Of a DNA stretch of 64,000 nucleotides, positions 19,155 to 28,048 are shown one piece after another (the first letter of the stretch is position 1; the number at the start of each line of letters is the position of its first letter). The notes below the pieces were generated by a model. That model was not told the origin of the DNA, did not search any database, and saw nothing but the letters and a program-made list of their open reading frames with translations. The DNA lies in contig CAZQVN010000002.1 of the NCBI GenBank assembly GCA_964596775.1, forward strand, positions 156,296-220,295, read 5' to 3'. The DNA is from an uncultured bacterium. GTDB lineage: Bacteria; Eisenbacteria; RBG-16-71-46; JABDJR01; JAWXBZ01. The position numbers and the translations under genes were made by a program.

Positions 19155-20136
19155 CCTTTCCTGCTACGTTGCCGGCACCGGCTCCTACGCTCCTCCCCGG
19201 CGACTGACCAATGAGGACCTGGAGCGCATGGTCGACACCAGCGACGACTGGATCACCACGCGGACCGGGATCAAGGAGCGCAGGATCGCCGAGCCATCCA
19301 TGGCGGCCTCGGACATCGCCTGGGAGGCTGCCACGAGGGCACTGACTTCGGCGGAGATGACCGCGGAGGAACTGGACCTGATCGTTGTCGGCACAGTCAC
19401 GCCCGACCGGCTCTTCCCTTCCTGCGCCTGCACGCTGCAGTCCCGACTCGGCGCCCGAAACGCGGCGGCGTTCGACATCTCCGCGGCCTGCTCAGGCTTC
19501 ATCTATGCCCTGGATGTCGCACGCGCGATGATCCGTTCAGGCGGTCACAAGAGGGTTCTGGTGGTTGGAGTCGAAGTGTTGTCCCGGATCGTCGACTACA
19601 CCGACCGTTCCACCTGCGTTCTCTTTGGCGACGGGGCCGGCGCGGTCATCCTCAAGCCGTCCGACAGTCCGGACAGGGGCGTTCTCTCCGTGGCGACCGG
19701 ATCCGACGGCGACATGGGCGACCTCCTCTGCATGCCGGCGGGCGGGTCCCGCATACCCGCATCGCACGAGTCCGTGGAAAAGAGGCTCCACCACCTGACC
19801 ATGACCGGGAACGAGGTTTTCAAGATCGCGGTCCGCGGCATGGAACAGATTGCCCTGGAGGCCCTTTCACGCGCGGGGATCCGCCTGGAGGACGTCGATC
19901 TGCTGATTCCGCACCAGGCCAACCTGCGGATGATCGATGCGGTCGCGCGGCGGCTGAGCATTTCCCAGGAAAAGGTCTTCGTGAATATCCAGAAGTACGG
20001 AAACACATCATCCGCCTCGATCCCCATTGCCCTGGATGAGGCGGTGCGCGCCGGCCTGGTCCGCTCGGGAGCGAACATCGTCATGGTGGCCTTTGGCGGA
20101 GGTCTCACCTGGGGCGCGGCGGTTACCCGGTGGTAG
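19144..20136 (+). CDS. fabH: 3-oxoacyl-ACP synthase III
   Basis: ...ERMVDTSDDWITTRTGIKERRIA...AAFDISAACSGFIYAL (active-site Cys)...HQANLRMIDAVARRL...GNTSSASIPIAL. Confidence 0.85.
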   Translation: MSADLSCYVAGTGSYAPPRRLTNEDLERMVDTSDDWITTRTGIKERRIAEPSMAASDIAWEAATRALTSAEMTAEELDLIVVGTVTPDRLFPSCACTLQSRLGARNAAAFDISAACSGFIYALDVARAMIRSGGHKRVLVVGVEVLSRIVDYTDRSTCVLFGDGAGAVILKPSDSPDRGVLSVATGSDGDMGDLLCMPAGGSRIPASHESVEKRLHHLTMTGNEVFKIAVRGMEQIALEALSRAGIRLEDVDLLIPHQANLRMIDAVARRLSISQEKVFVNIQKYGNTSSASIPIALDEAVRAGLVRSGANIVMVAFGGGLTWGAAVTRW

Positions 20137-21092
20137 CCGCGAAGCGCACGTTCACCGCGCTGTTTCCCGGCCAGGGTTCGCACTACGTCGGCATGGGGCG
20201 GTCCCTGTACGAGGCGCTTCCAACGGCCCGTGCCGTGATCGAACGCGCGGACGCGGCGCTCGGTTTCGAACTTTCGAAGATCATGTTCGAGGGCCCGCTC
20301 GAGGAACTGGTTCAAACTCACAACGCCCAGCCGGCGATCCTCACCCACAGTCTTGCGGCCCTGGAGTGCCTGAAAGAGGGGGGATTCACGCCCGTCGCCG
20401 CGGCCGGTCATTCACTCGGTGAGTACACGGCCTATGCCGCCGCCGGCTCGCTGAGCGTGGAAGCCGCGGTCCGGCTGGTCCGACGGCGCGGTGAACTGAT
20501 GCTGGAGGCCGGGCGCACGCGCCCCGGAACCATGGCCGCGATCCTTGGACTGTCGGAAACCGACGTGGCCCGGATCTGTCTCGAAGCCTCCTCGAACGGA
20601 GTCGTTGTTCCGGCAAACCTCAATTCGCCCGGGCAGATCGTGATCTCCGGCGAGGTCGACGGTGTCGGAAAGGCCATGGAACTCGCGCTGGCTTCCGGCG
20701 CCCGAAAGGCCGTCCCCCTTCCGGTCAGCGGAGCCTTTCACTCGCCGCTCATGGAACCGGCGGCATTCGGACTTCGCGATTTTCTGTCGGGGGTATCCGT
20801 TGATCGCGCCCGGATCCCCGTCGTTGCCAACGTATCGGGACGATCCGTTACCGAGCCCGACGACATCAGGGTATCCCTTGTCCGACAGCTGACCGGTGCC
20901 GTGCGGTGGGAGGATGTCATGCGGAATCTGGGTCGGGACCACGGGGCCGATTTCGTCGAAATCGGCCCCGGCAAGGTGCTCCGCGGCCTGGCCAGATCCA
21001 TTGAACGGGACTGGACCGTCGAGACCGTGGACGATTCAGACGGCGTGAGGGCCTTTCTTGAGGTCCTCTCCGGCCCGAAGGAGGACTCATGA
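20130..21092 (+). CDS. fabD: Malonyl CoA-ACP transacylase
   Basis: GTG 20130 overlaps the fabH stop. FTALFPGQGSHYVGMG...AAGHSLGEYTAYAAAG (GHSLG active site). Confidence 0.8.
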   Translation: MVAAKRTFTALFPGQGSHYVGMGRSLYEALPTARAVIERADAALGFELSKIMFEGPLEELVQTHNAQPAILTHSLAALECLKEGGFTPVAAAGHSLGEYTAYAAAGSLSVEAAVRLVRRRGELMLEAGRTRPGTMAAILGLSETDVARICLEASSNGVVVPANLNSPGQIVISGEVDGVGKAMELALASGARKAVPLPVSGAFHSPLMEPAAFGLRDFLSGVSVDRARIPVVANVSGRSVTEPDDIRVSLVRQLTGAVRWEDVMRNLGRDHGADFVEIGPGKVLRGLARSIERDWTVETVDDSDGVRAFLEVLSGPKEDS

Positions 21093-21844
21093 TTCAGTCC
21101 GAAATCCTGATGGGAAAGACGGCTCTCGTCACCGGGGCTTCACGCAGCATTGGCGAGGCCGTGGCAATGGACCTTGCCCGAATGGGAGCGGATGTCGTCG
21201 TAACTGATTCGGGGGGTGGACTTTCCGAGCGTGTGGCCGCCGAAATTCGTGCGATGGGGAGACGATCCAGAGCCCTCTCCTTTGACCTTGGAAACCAGGG
21301 TGAAGTCGAAACGGCTCTCGCGGAACTTGCGAAAGAGTTTGATGCCATCGATATCCTCGTCAATAATGCAGGCCTGACCCGGGACAACCTCCTCCTCAGG
21401 ATGAAGGAAGAGGACTGGGACAGGGTTCTCGCCGTGAATCTCAAGGGGGCGTTTCTTCTGACCAGGGCGCTCTCGAGAGGCATGGTCAAGCGGCGTTTCG
21501 GGAGAATCGTCAACATTTCCTCAATCGTCGGAGTCATGGGAAATGCCGGACAGGCCAACTACGCGGCCTCCAAGGCAGGATTGATCGGTTTCACAAGGTC
21601 GGTGGCCAGGGAACTCGCGGGCCGCAATATTCTCGTCAACGCGATAGCGCCCGGATTCATCCAGACGTCCATGACCGATGGACTGCCGGAAGCGGTCAAG
21701 GAGGGAATGCTCAAGAGCATTCCGCTGGCGCGTTTCGGAACGGTGCAGGAGGTGTCCAGGGTTGTAGCGTTTCTGGTATCACCGGACGCAGGCTACATAA
21801 CCGGACAGGTCCTGAATGTTGACGGGGGAATGGTCATGGCCTGA
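21089..21844 (+). CDS. fabG: 3-oxoacyl-ACP reductase
   Basis: ATG 21089 preceded by AAGGAGGA, overlaps the fabD stop. [18 protein letters not shown]...NNAG...[21 protein letters not shown] (SDR YxxxK). Confidence 0.85.
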   Translation: MIQSEILMGKTALVTGASRSIGEAVAMDLARMGADVVVTDSGGGLSERVAAEIRAMGRRSRALSFDLGNQGEVETALAELAKEFDAIDILVNNAGLTRDNLLLRMKEEDWDRVLAVNLKGAFLLTRALSRGMVKRRFGRIVNISSIVGVMGNAGQANYAASKAGLIGFTRSVARELAGRNILVNAIAPGFIQTSMTDGLPEAVKEGMLKSIPLARFGTVQEVSRVVAFLVSPDAGYITGQVLNVDGGMVMA

Positions 21845-21957
21845 GGATTCTCGCCCGGGGGCGGAAAACGGTGTGGAGCTCCGGCGCACGCCGACGCAAC
21901 GATTTGATAACAGGGTTTTTATCGTACACAATGACAGGAATAGAGGAGGTTCGGCAC

Positions 21958-22194
21958 ATGGCTTTCAGTGAGGACAAGGTTAAGGAGATCATCGTCGAGC
22001 AGCTCGGAGTTTCCGCGGAGCAGGTCAAGGCGGAGGCGCGCTTCATCGACGACCTGGGTGCGGATTCTCTCGATACCGTCGAGTTGATCATGGCCCTGGA
22101 GGAGGAGTTCGGAGTTGAAATCCCGGACGAGGATGCGGAAAAGATGGTCACCGTGGGTGACGCGGTGAACTATCTCAAGGAACACGCGAAGTAA
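21958..22194 (+). CDS. acpP: Acyl carrier protein
   Basis: ATG 21958 preceded by [59 protein letters not shown] (DSLD phosphopantetheine site). Confidence 0.9.
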   Translation: MAFSEDKVKEIIVEQLGVSAEQVKAEARFIDDLGADSLDTVELIMALEEEFGVEIPDEDAEKMVTVGDAVNYLKEHAK

Positions 22195-22296
22195 AACACG
22201 ACGCCGCGATCCGCTCCTCGACGGACAAACCTGTCGAGGCGGATCGGGTCGTGTTTGATTGAAGCACTGAATCCCGAAACAAACAGGATCCTCAAG

Positions 22297-23538
22297 ATGA
22301 CACAAAGAAGAGTCGCCGTGACCGGACTCGGCATTATTTCGCCCGTCGGCAATGATGTGCCGACCTTCTGGGCGAATCTGTGCGAAGGGCGCAGCGGCAT
22401 CGGCAAGGTAACCCGGTTCGATGCCACGGACTTTCGGACGCGGATCGCCGGCGAAGTCAAGGATTTCGATCCGACCCAGTACATGGAAAAGAAGGAGGTC
22501 CGTCGCACGGATCTCTACGTTCAGTATGCCATCGCTGCCTCCCGCCAGGCCCTTACGGGCTCGGGGCTGGACATGGGCAAGGTGGACCTGAACCGATTCG
22601 GTGTCATCATCGGGACCGGCATCGGCGGGATCGAAACGTTCGAGGAACAGACTGCGGTGATGCTCGAAAAGGGCCCGTCACGGGTCAGTCCGTTCTTCAT
22701 TCCGATGATGATCGCGAACATGGCCTCGGGCCAGGTTTCCATCATGTTCGGTCTCAAGGGGCCCAACACCACCACGGTGTCGGCCTGTGCCTCGGGAGCG
22801 CATGCCATCGGCGAGGCTTTCCAGGCCATTCGCTTCGGCCAGGCGGACTTCATGATGACCGGCGGGTCGGAGGCAACGATCACGCCGATGACCATGGCCG
22901 GATTCTGCGCAATGAAGGCCATGTCCACGCGGAACGACGATGCGGAACACGCCTCCCGCCCCTTCGAGCGGGATCGCGACGGTTTCGTCATGGGGGAAGG
23001 CGCCGGAATCGTCATTCTCGAGGAGATGGAACATGCCCGGAAACGCGGCGCGCCGATCCTCGCCGAGATGATCGGGTACGGAACGACCTCCGATGCATTC
23101 CATGTCACGGCTCCCGCTCCGAACGGGGAGGGTGCCGGACGAGCCATGGCAATGGCCCTTGCCGATGCGGGAGCTCGGATCGATGAGGTGGACTACATCA
23201 ACGCGCACGGAACATCGACGGACCTGAACGACAAGCTGGAAACGGCGGCCGTGAAGACCGTCTTCGGAGATCATGCGAGAAAGCTCGTGCTCGCTTCAAC
23301 GAAGTCCATGACCGGCCACCTGCTTGGCGCAGCCGGCGGTGTGGAAATGGTGGCAAGTGTTCTTGCCGCCTCGCGCGGGATTCTTCCGCCGACGATCAAC
23401 TATGAGCACCCCGACCCGGAATGCGATCTTGACTGCGTGCCAAACGAAGCCCGCGAGGCCAGGGTCAGGGTCGCTTTGTCCAATTCCTTCGGCTTCGGCG
23501 GGCACAACGTATCGCTGGCCATTCGCTCCCTGGGCTAG
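22297..23538 (+). CDS. fabF: 3-oxoacyl-ACP synthase II
   Basis: MTQRRVAVTGLGIISPVGNDV...TVSACASGAHAIGEA (active-site Cys)...NAHGTSTDLND...GHLLGAAGG. Confidence 0.85.
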   Translation: MTQRRVAVTGLGIISPVGNDVPTFWANLCEGRSGIGKVTRFDATDFRTRIAGEVKDFDPTQYMEKKEVRRTDLYVQYAIAASRQALTGSGLDMGKVDLNRFGVIIGTGIGGIETFEEQTAVMLEKGPSRVSPFFIPMMIANMASGQVSIMFGLKGPNTTTVSACASGAHAIGEAFQAIRFGQADFMMTGGSEATITPMTMAGFCAMKAMSTRNDDAEHASRPFERDRDGFVMGEGAGIVILEEMEHARKRGAPILAEMIGYGTTSDAFHVTAPAPNGEGAGRAMAMALADAGARIDEVDYINAHGTSTDLNDKLETAAVKTVFGDHARKLVLASTKSMTGHLLGAAGGVEMVASVLAASRGILPPTINYEHPDPECDLDCVPNEAREARVRVALSNSFGFGGHNVSLAIRSLG

Positions 23539-23586
23539 AGTTTCCATCCAGCTGCCCGGGAGGCCGGCCGACAGCGTCGTGAGAAC

Positions 23587-24345
23587 ATGCTTCTGGAACG
23601 CTGGTGGCGCCGCCTGTTCGGCAGGCCCAGGACATCGCCTGAAGAGAAAAGCGTCGAGAATCTCGTCGAGTTCGAACGCGAAGTCGGCGTGCAATTCAAC
23701 GACCGGGCTCTGCTGCGCCAGGCACTCACCCATCGGTCCTATCTTGGCGCCAACGGTTCCGACCTCCGGACCTCCAACGAGAGAATGGAATTTCTCGGGG
23801 ATTCGGTTCTTGAGCTGATCGTCAATGAATACCTGTATTCGCGTTATCGCGATCTGCAGGAAGGCGAACTGACCAAGATGAAGTCCCTGCTGGTCAGTCG
23901 CAACATTCTGTCCACTCAGGCCCGCGAAATGGATCTCGGCCGCTACCTGCTTCTTTCCGAAGCCGAGGGCGATTCCGGAGGGCGTCACCGGGCATCCATC
24001 CTTGCGGATGCCTTCGAAGCCGTCGTCGGAGGCATCTACCTGGATCAGGGGTTGCCGGCCGCCCGGGAGTTTCTGGCGCGCAGGCTGTTGTTTCGAGCCG
24101 ACCATATCCTGGGAAACCGGGAATTCACGAACTACAAGAGCCTGCTGCAGGAATACGTGCAGTCGGAGTTCAAGACCTACCCGCGTTACAGGATTTCCGC
24201 CCAGTCCGGACCGGACCACAAGAAGCAATTCACGGTCGACGTCAGCGTCAGGGGCAAAAAGCTCGGAGAAGGTTCGGGATCGAACAAGAAGAAGGCGGAG
24301 CAGGCCGCCGCAAAGAATGCCCTCGACGACCTGAATATCCTCTGA
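23587..24345 (+). CDS. rnc: Ribonuclease III
   Basis: NERMEFLGDSVLELIVNEYLY (RNase III signature)...C-terminal dsRBD ...KKQFTVDVSVRGKKLGEGSGSNKKKAEQAAAKNAL. Confidence 0.85.
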   Translation: MLLERWWRRLFGRPRTSPEEKSVENLVEFEREVGVQFNDRALLRQALTHRSYLGANGSDLRTSNERMEFLGDSVLELIVNEYLYSRYRDLQEGELTKMKSLLVSRNILSTQAREMDLGRYLLLSEAEGDSGGRHRASILADAFEAVVGGIYLDQGLPAAREFLARRLLFRADHILGNREFTNYKSLLQEYVQSEFKTYPRYRISAQSGPDHKKQFTVDVSVRGKKLGEGSGSNKKKAEQAAAKNALDDLNIL

Positions 24346-24363
24346 TCACGGAAGCGCGAGATT

Positions 24364-24397
24364 GCGTCCGGATGACGGCGCGGTGACATCCGGACGC
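24364..24397. terminator. GC-rich hairpin between the convergent rnc and OMP genes (putative bidirectional terminator)
   Basis: Perfect 11-bp inverted repeat GCGTCCGGATG (24364..24374) / CATCCGGACGC (24387..24397) with a 12-nt loop. Lies in the 59-nt gap between the convergent genes. No clear U-tract. Confidence 0.4.
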
Positions 24398-24404
24398 CCG
24401 GAAT

Positions 24405-25805
24405 CTAGAACCTGAAAGTGGCCGTCCCGACAATGCGGTTGGTGGTCCACTTTTCGGAAATGTTTCCACCGCTGCGCTCGTACGTTCCGTGGATGTAGGC
24501 CAGATCGAGCGTGACCGTTTCATCCACAAGAGTTCCCGCTCCGAGGGTGATGAACGAACGGTCCGTGGTGATGTCGGCATCGGGGTAGTCCCTGGTGAAA
24601 AAGGATGCGTCATCCGTGGTGTTCGCATTGCCGTCGTCGGGGACGAATGTGAAGTCGATGTCGGCTGCCTGCAGGCGATAGGGAAGCGGCTGACTGGAAA
24701 ATCCGACCCGCAGGCGGGTCGGGTGGACCGGAAGCTGGTACTCGGCGCCGAGATGAACGTCGAGTGTTCCTCGATACGCGTTCTCCCGGTCCTTCTGGAC
24801 GGTTCCTTCGAAGTCGATCTGCGTCCAGTCCGTCACCCGAAAGTCCGCAGCAAGCAGAAAATTGCGGGGAGTAATCGCCAGGGAAGCCAGCAGGCTGATC
24901 GGAAGAGTGATCACATCCTGGAAAAATGTGTTGGCGTTGTCGATCTTTTCCTGGTCCTCGAAGCGCGTCGAGGCGACTCCATTGAACTCGTAGCGCTGGG
25001 GGAGATCCACGGTCAGGGCGACACGAACCCTGTCCGAAGCTCTGGCCAGGGCCCCGATCGAACCGGTAAAGCCCGTCAAGTCAGCGTCTCGGATTTCGCT
25101 GGAAAGAAACACTTCATCGGATCCCTCGACGTCAAACGGTCCTGAGCCCGATCCCCGCAGGCGCCCGATCTCGAAGTCCTGGAGGGTGTTGCCCTGGATG
25201 TAGGTCAGGCTGGCTCCCAGCGAAATGTGGGGAGAAACATCGCCGGCGAGTCCGGCGGTCCAGAAGTTCACCGAGCCGTTCTCGGTGAACGACTCGGTCT
25301 CGTGGATGCCGAACTGCGATGAGTTCGCGCGCCTGAGGGAACCTTCGCGATAATAATCACTCTTGAGCGGGGCAACTCGCTGATAGGCCAGACCCATGAC
25401 CAGGGATCCACGATACGTTGGAAAGGGATAGGCGAGACTCAGATGGCTTACCTGCGTCGCACGGGATTTTGCTCCGCTGGACGTTGTTCCCGTGCCCGCA
25501 AATCCATCGGTGGCCGTATCGAACGTTACTTCCCGGTCCTGGGAGTCGTGCACCAGTCCGCCGGATATCTCGATGCGCCTGATCTGTGCCAGTCCGGCCG
25601 GATTATAGAAAAGACTGGATCCATCCTCGGCAACGGCTCCGTAGGCAAAACCCATCCCTGCGGAGCGGGCGCCGATCCCCATTCTTGAAACAAAGGGGAG
25701 TTCCGGAAGCACGACGCCCTCCTGGGCGGGTGCAGCCGCGGGCGTTACCGCCTGAAAGAATGCCGCGAGGGCGAGGAGCCCCGGGAAACACCTGTGACGC
25801 TGCAT
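24405..25805 (-). CDS. FadL/TodX/OmpP1-family outer-membrane beta-barrel protein
   Basis: Start at ATG 25805 preceded by GGAGGCAGGAGCAGT. Signal peptide MQRHRCFPGLLALAAFFQAVTPAAAPAQ. FadL-family hatch motif SLFYNPAGLAQ. C-terminal ...GTATFRF (terminal aromatic beta-signal). T9SS PorV proteins are also FadL-like, so a PorV role is possible but unsupported. Confidence 0.6.
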   Translation of the reverse strand: MQRHRCFPGLLALAAFFQAVTPAAAPAQEGVVLPELPFVSRMGIGARSAGMGFAYGAVAEDGSSLFYNPAGLAQIRRIEISGGLVHDSQDREVTFDTATDGFAGTGTTSSGAKSRATQVSHLSLAYPFPTYRGSLVMGLAYQRVAPLKSDYYREGSLRRANSSQFGIHETESFTENGSVNFWTAGLAGDVSPHISLGASLTYIQGNTLQDFEIGRLRGSGSGPFDVEGSDEVFLSSEIRDADLTGFTGSIGALARASDRVRVALTVDLPQRYEFNGVASTRFEDQEKIDNANTFFQDVITLPISLLASLAITPRNFLLAADFRVTDWTQIDFEGTVQKDRENAYRGTLDVHLGAEYQLPVHPTRLRVGFSSQPLPYRLQAADIDFTFVPDDGNANTTDDASFFTRDYPDADITTDRSFITLGAGTLVDETVTLDLAYIHGTYERSGGNISEKWTTNRIVGTATFRF

Positions 25806-25865
25806 ACTGCTCCTGCCTCCAGCTTGATGGTGTATTTCAATTTCGTTTCGAGGGATGGGCACCGA

Positions 25866-26471
25866 TCAGCCGTCCTTGCCGGAACGACTCTTCTTCGTCG
25901 AGTCCTCTTTCTTCCCGCTGTCTTCATCAGGGTCTTTCTTGTCCTGGCTCTGCTGTTCGCTCCCCTTCTTCATTGTTCGTCCTGGCTGCTGACCGGGAGT
26001 GTCCGGTGTGCCGCCGGGTGGGTTCGAGGAGGACCCCGGTCCGGAGGGACCCGGTCCGGGAGATGTGTAGACAGGAGGAGGAGTCGGGGCCGTCGAGATT
26101 CCGCGGCCCCAGACATGGCGGACATCGTCGTTTCGATTCCCGGCGCCTCCGGAGTAGCTGCCGCCGCCACCGCCGCTGCCGCCCGAGTCGCCGTAGTACC
26201 AGAACTGCCGGTACCACCAAGGGTAGGCATAGTACGGATAGTAATTGTCATTGTAGTAGTCGAACGCGGGAGCGTAGAGCGGGTCAATGGCCTGGGCAAA
26301 ACCCTGGTCCTGGTGGCAGTCAAAGCAGTCCCGTCGTCGTTCCCCTCCGTCAGCGACCTCGGCTGTCGGTGGGTGCTTCAGAACGGTGTAGCATCCACCG
26401 AGCGCGGCCGCCGAAGCGATCAGCAGCACGCCGGCCAGCGTGCGCGTTCTGGGGTCGCTCCACACTCGCAT
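25866..26471 (-). CDS. Lipoprotein with CxxCH motif, Tyr/Trp-rich segment and Gly/Pro/Ser-rich tail
   Basis: Signal + lipobox LIASAAALGGC. DCFDCH (CxxCH, c-type heme-binding motif). YYNDNYYPYYAYPWWYRQFWYYG. Low-complexity GGSGGGGGSYSGG...PPPVYTSPGPGPSGPGSS. Lies 60 nt upstream of the FadL-like gene on the same strand. Confidence 0.5.
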   Translation of the reverse strand: MRVWSDPRTRTLAGVLLIASAAALGGCYTVLKHPPTAEVADGGERRRDCFDCHQDQGFAQAIDPLYAPAFDYYNDNYYPYYAYPWWYRQFWYYGDSGGSGGGGGSYSGGAGNRNDDVRHVWGRGISTAPTPPPVYTSPGPGPSGPGSSSNPPGGTPDTPGQQPGRTMKKGSEQQSQDKKDPDEDSGKKEDSTKKSRSGKDG

Positions 26472-26849
26472 GGGAAGTCCCGCCTTTCCTGGGAAAAGGT
26501 GCTGATAAGGGCGGAGCTGAACTCACACCGGAAGAAATCGGTTTCGGATAAGGAACATCCGATTTTCCTGCGGGTTCGGACTTATTCCAGCCCCGGTTGA
26601 ATGGATTCACGGCTTTTCTGCTCAGGCATGATTCAGTATAGTCGCGCGGCGTCGGTGCTTCGACGCGCGCTGCTACGTTGTAAAACCTTGCCGTTGAGTC
26701 TATTATGCTGGATAGATCGCTCCGGGACAACCCACAACCGTGTCCCGGCGCCGCTGCGCCGCGTCGGGTGGTTCGCTGGATACGAGGGAACCACCGCGAC
26801 TGGAACTTGGGGAAAGAACATGTGTTTACGCTTGGGAGGATGACCAGAG

Positions 26850-27470
26850 GTGGCGTCGGTGCCTGAAAAGACCCCAGGGGTCAAATTCGATCAGGTGTCC
26901 GATGAGGACCTGATGGACCATTGCGTCGACGGCTCCGAGCCCGCATTCAAGGAGTTGGTCAGACGTTACAAGACGAGGATAATCAACCTCGTCTACCGGT
27001 TCATCCGGGATCACCAGCGAGCCGAGGATCTGGCGCAGGAAGTCTTCGTCAGGGTCTTTCTGCATCGCGAGAGGTATCGGAAGAGCGGCAAGTTTTCAAC
27101 CTGGATATTCACGATTGCCGTGAACCTTGCGAAGAATGAGATCAGAAGGAAAGCGAGGCTCAGAAACGTGCTGAGCCTGGAAGGACTTCAGGAAATTGCG
27201 GGCTCATCCGGTTTTTTCCTGAAGGATAACAAGCCCGGAACGGACCGTCGCCTCGAGCGCGATCAACTTGGCGGGCTTGTGACCAAGGCCATCGAGAAGC
27301 TGCCCGAAAGATACCGGATGGCCCTGATTCTGCGCGATATCGAAGGCCTGTCCTATGAGGAGATCGGCGACATTCTGCAGATTCCCGGGGGAACCGTGCG
27401 TTCCAGGATCAACCGGGCCAGGCTCATGCTGAAGGAAAAGTTGAAACCCCATGTGAGGACAGGTGCATGA
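26850..27470 (+). CDS. ECF-type RNA polymerase sigma factor
   Basis: Region 2: DGSEPAFKELVRRYKTRIINLVYRFIRDHQRAEDLAQEVFVRVF. Region 4: LPERYRMALILRDIEGLSYEEIGDILQIPGGTVRSRINRAR. Start uncertain (GTG 26850, GTG 26859 or GTG 26895). Confidence 0.8.
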   Translation: MASVPEKTPGVKFDQVSDEDLMDHCVDGSEPAFKELVRRYKTRIINLVYRFIRDHQRAEDLAQEVFVRVFLHRERYRKSGKFSTWIFTIAVNLAKNEIRRKARLRNVLSLEGLQEIAGSSGFFLKDNKPGTDRRLERDQLGGLVTKAIEKLPERYRMALILRDIEGLSYEEIGDILQIPGGTVRSRINRARLMLKEKLKPHVRTGA

Positions 27471-28045
27471 TGAATTGCAACAATGTGCAGGACATCTTTT
27501 CGCTCATTCTCGAGGAAGAGGCCAGCGCGCGCGAGTTTTCCGACTTCAATAATCACCTTGCCGACTGCCCCGGGTGCCGCAGTGAATTCGAGGTTTTCAA
27601 GGTCACCAGTGACCTGGTCCGGACGATTTCTCCGATCGACCCGACCCCGGGATTCGAAGACCGTGTCCTGGCACGGATCCGGGCGGCCGGTTCAGCTCCG
27701 GCGCCTCTTGAGTTTCCGGTGGAGCGGAGCGATGAGCGCCTTTCGGGAGGATGGTTTCCACGGCTGGGTCTTGCGGCGGCGGCGGCGGTTCTCGTGGCAG
27801 TATCCTTCCTTGCGCTGCAGGGAACGAATCAGGGGCCTGGTTCCCAGATGGCCGTCCGTGAGGACCGGAGCGTGGTTACTCTGAAGGATCGGCTTCCCGA
27901 TCTGCCTGACGAGGTCGTTGACGCCCTGAACGAGGAAAGCTTTGTCCTCGACAGGATGGTCGTCCGTCCCGGTTCCGGCGAGGGGAATGCCCGGGTCGTG
28001 GCTCCGGTCGGTTATGAGAATGGTCCCGTTTACGTGGCGTTCTAG
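27467..28045 (+). CDS. Anti-sigma factor, zinc-finger (ZAS/zf-HC2) type, single-pass membrane
   Basis: ATG overlaps the sigma stop (ATGA). HLADCPGCRSEF (H-x3-C-x2-C). One TM segment LGLAAAAAVLVAVSFLAL. Periplasmic C-terminal domain. Confidence 0.7.
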   Translation: MMNCNNVQDIFSLILEEEASAREFSDFNNHLADCPGCRSEFEVFKVTSDLVRTISPIDPTPGFEDRVLARIRAAGSAPAPLEFPVERSDERLSGGWFPRLGLAAAAAVLVAVSFLALQGTNQGPGSQMAVREDRSVVTLKDRLPDLPDEVVDALNEESFVLDRMVVRPGSGEGNARVVAPVGYENGPVYVAF

Positions 28046-28048
28046 CAT

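Noticed and set aside
25586-26600. ORFs 25586..26551 (321 aa) and 25794..26600 (268 aa) on the plus strand
   Set aside because: They are antisense to the lipoprotein gene, Arg/Ser/Pro-rich, with no start context. The minus-strand gene has a signal peptide, lipobox and ATG.
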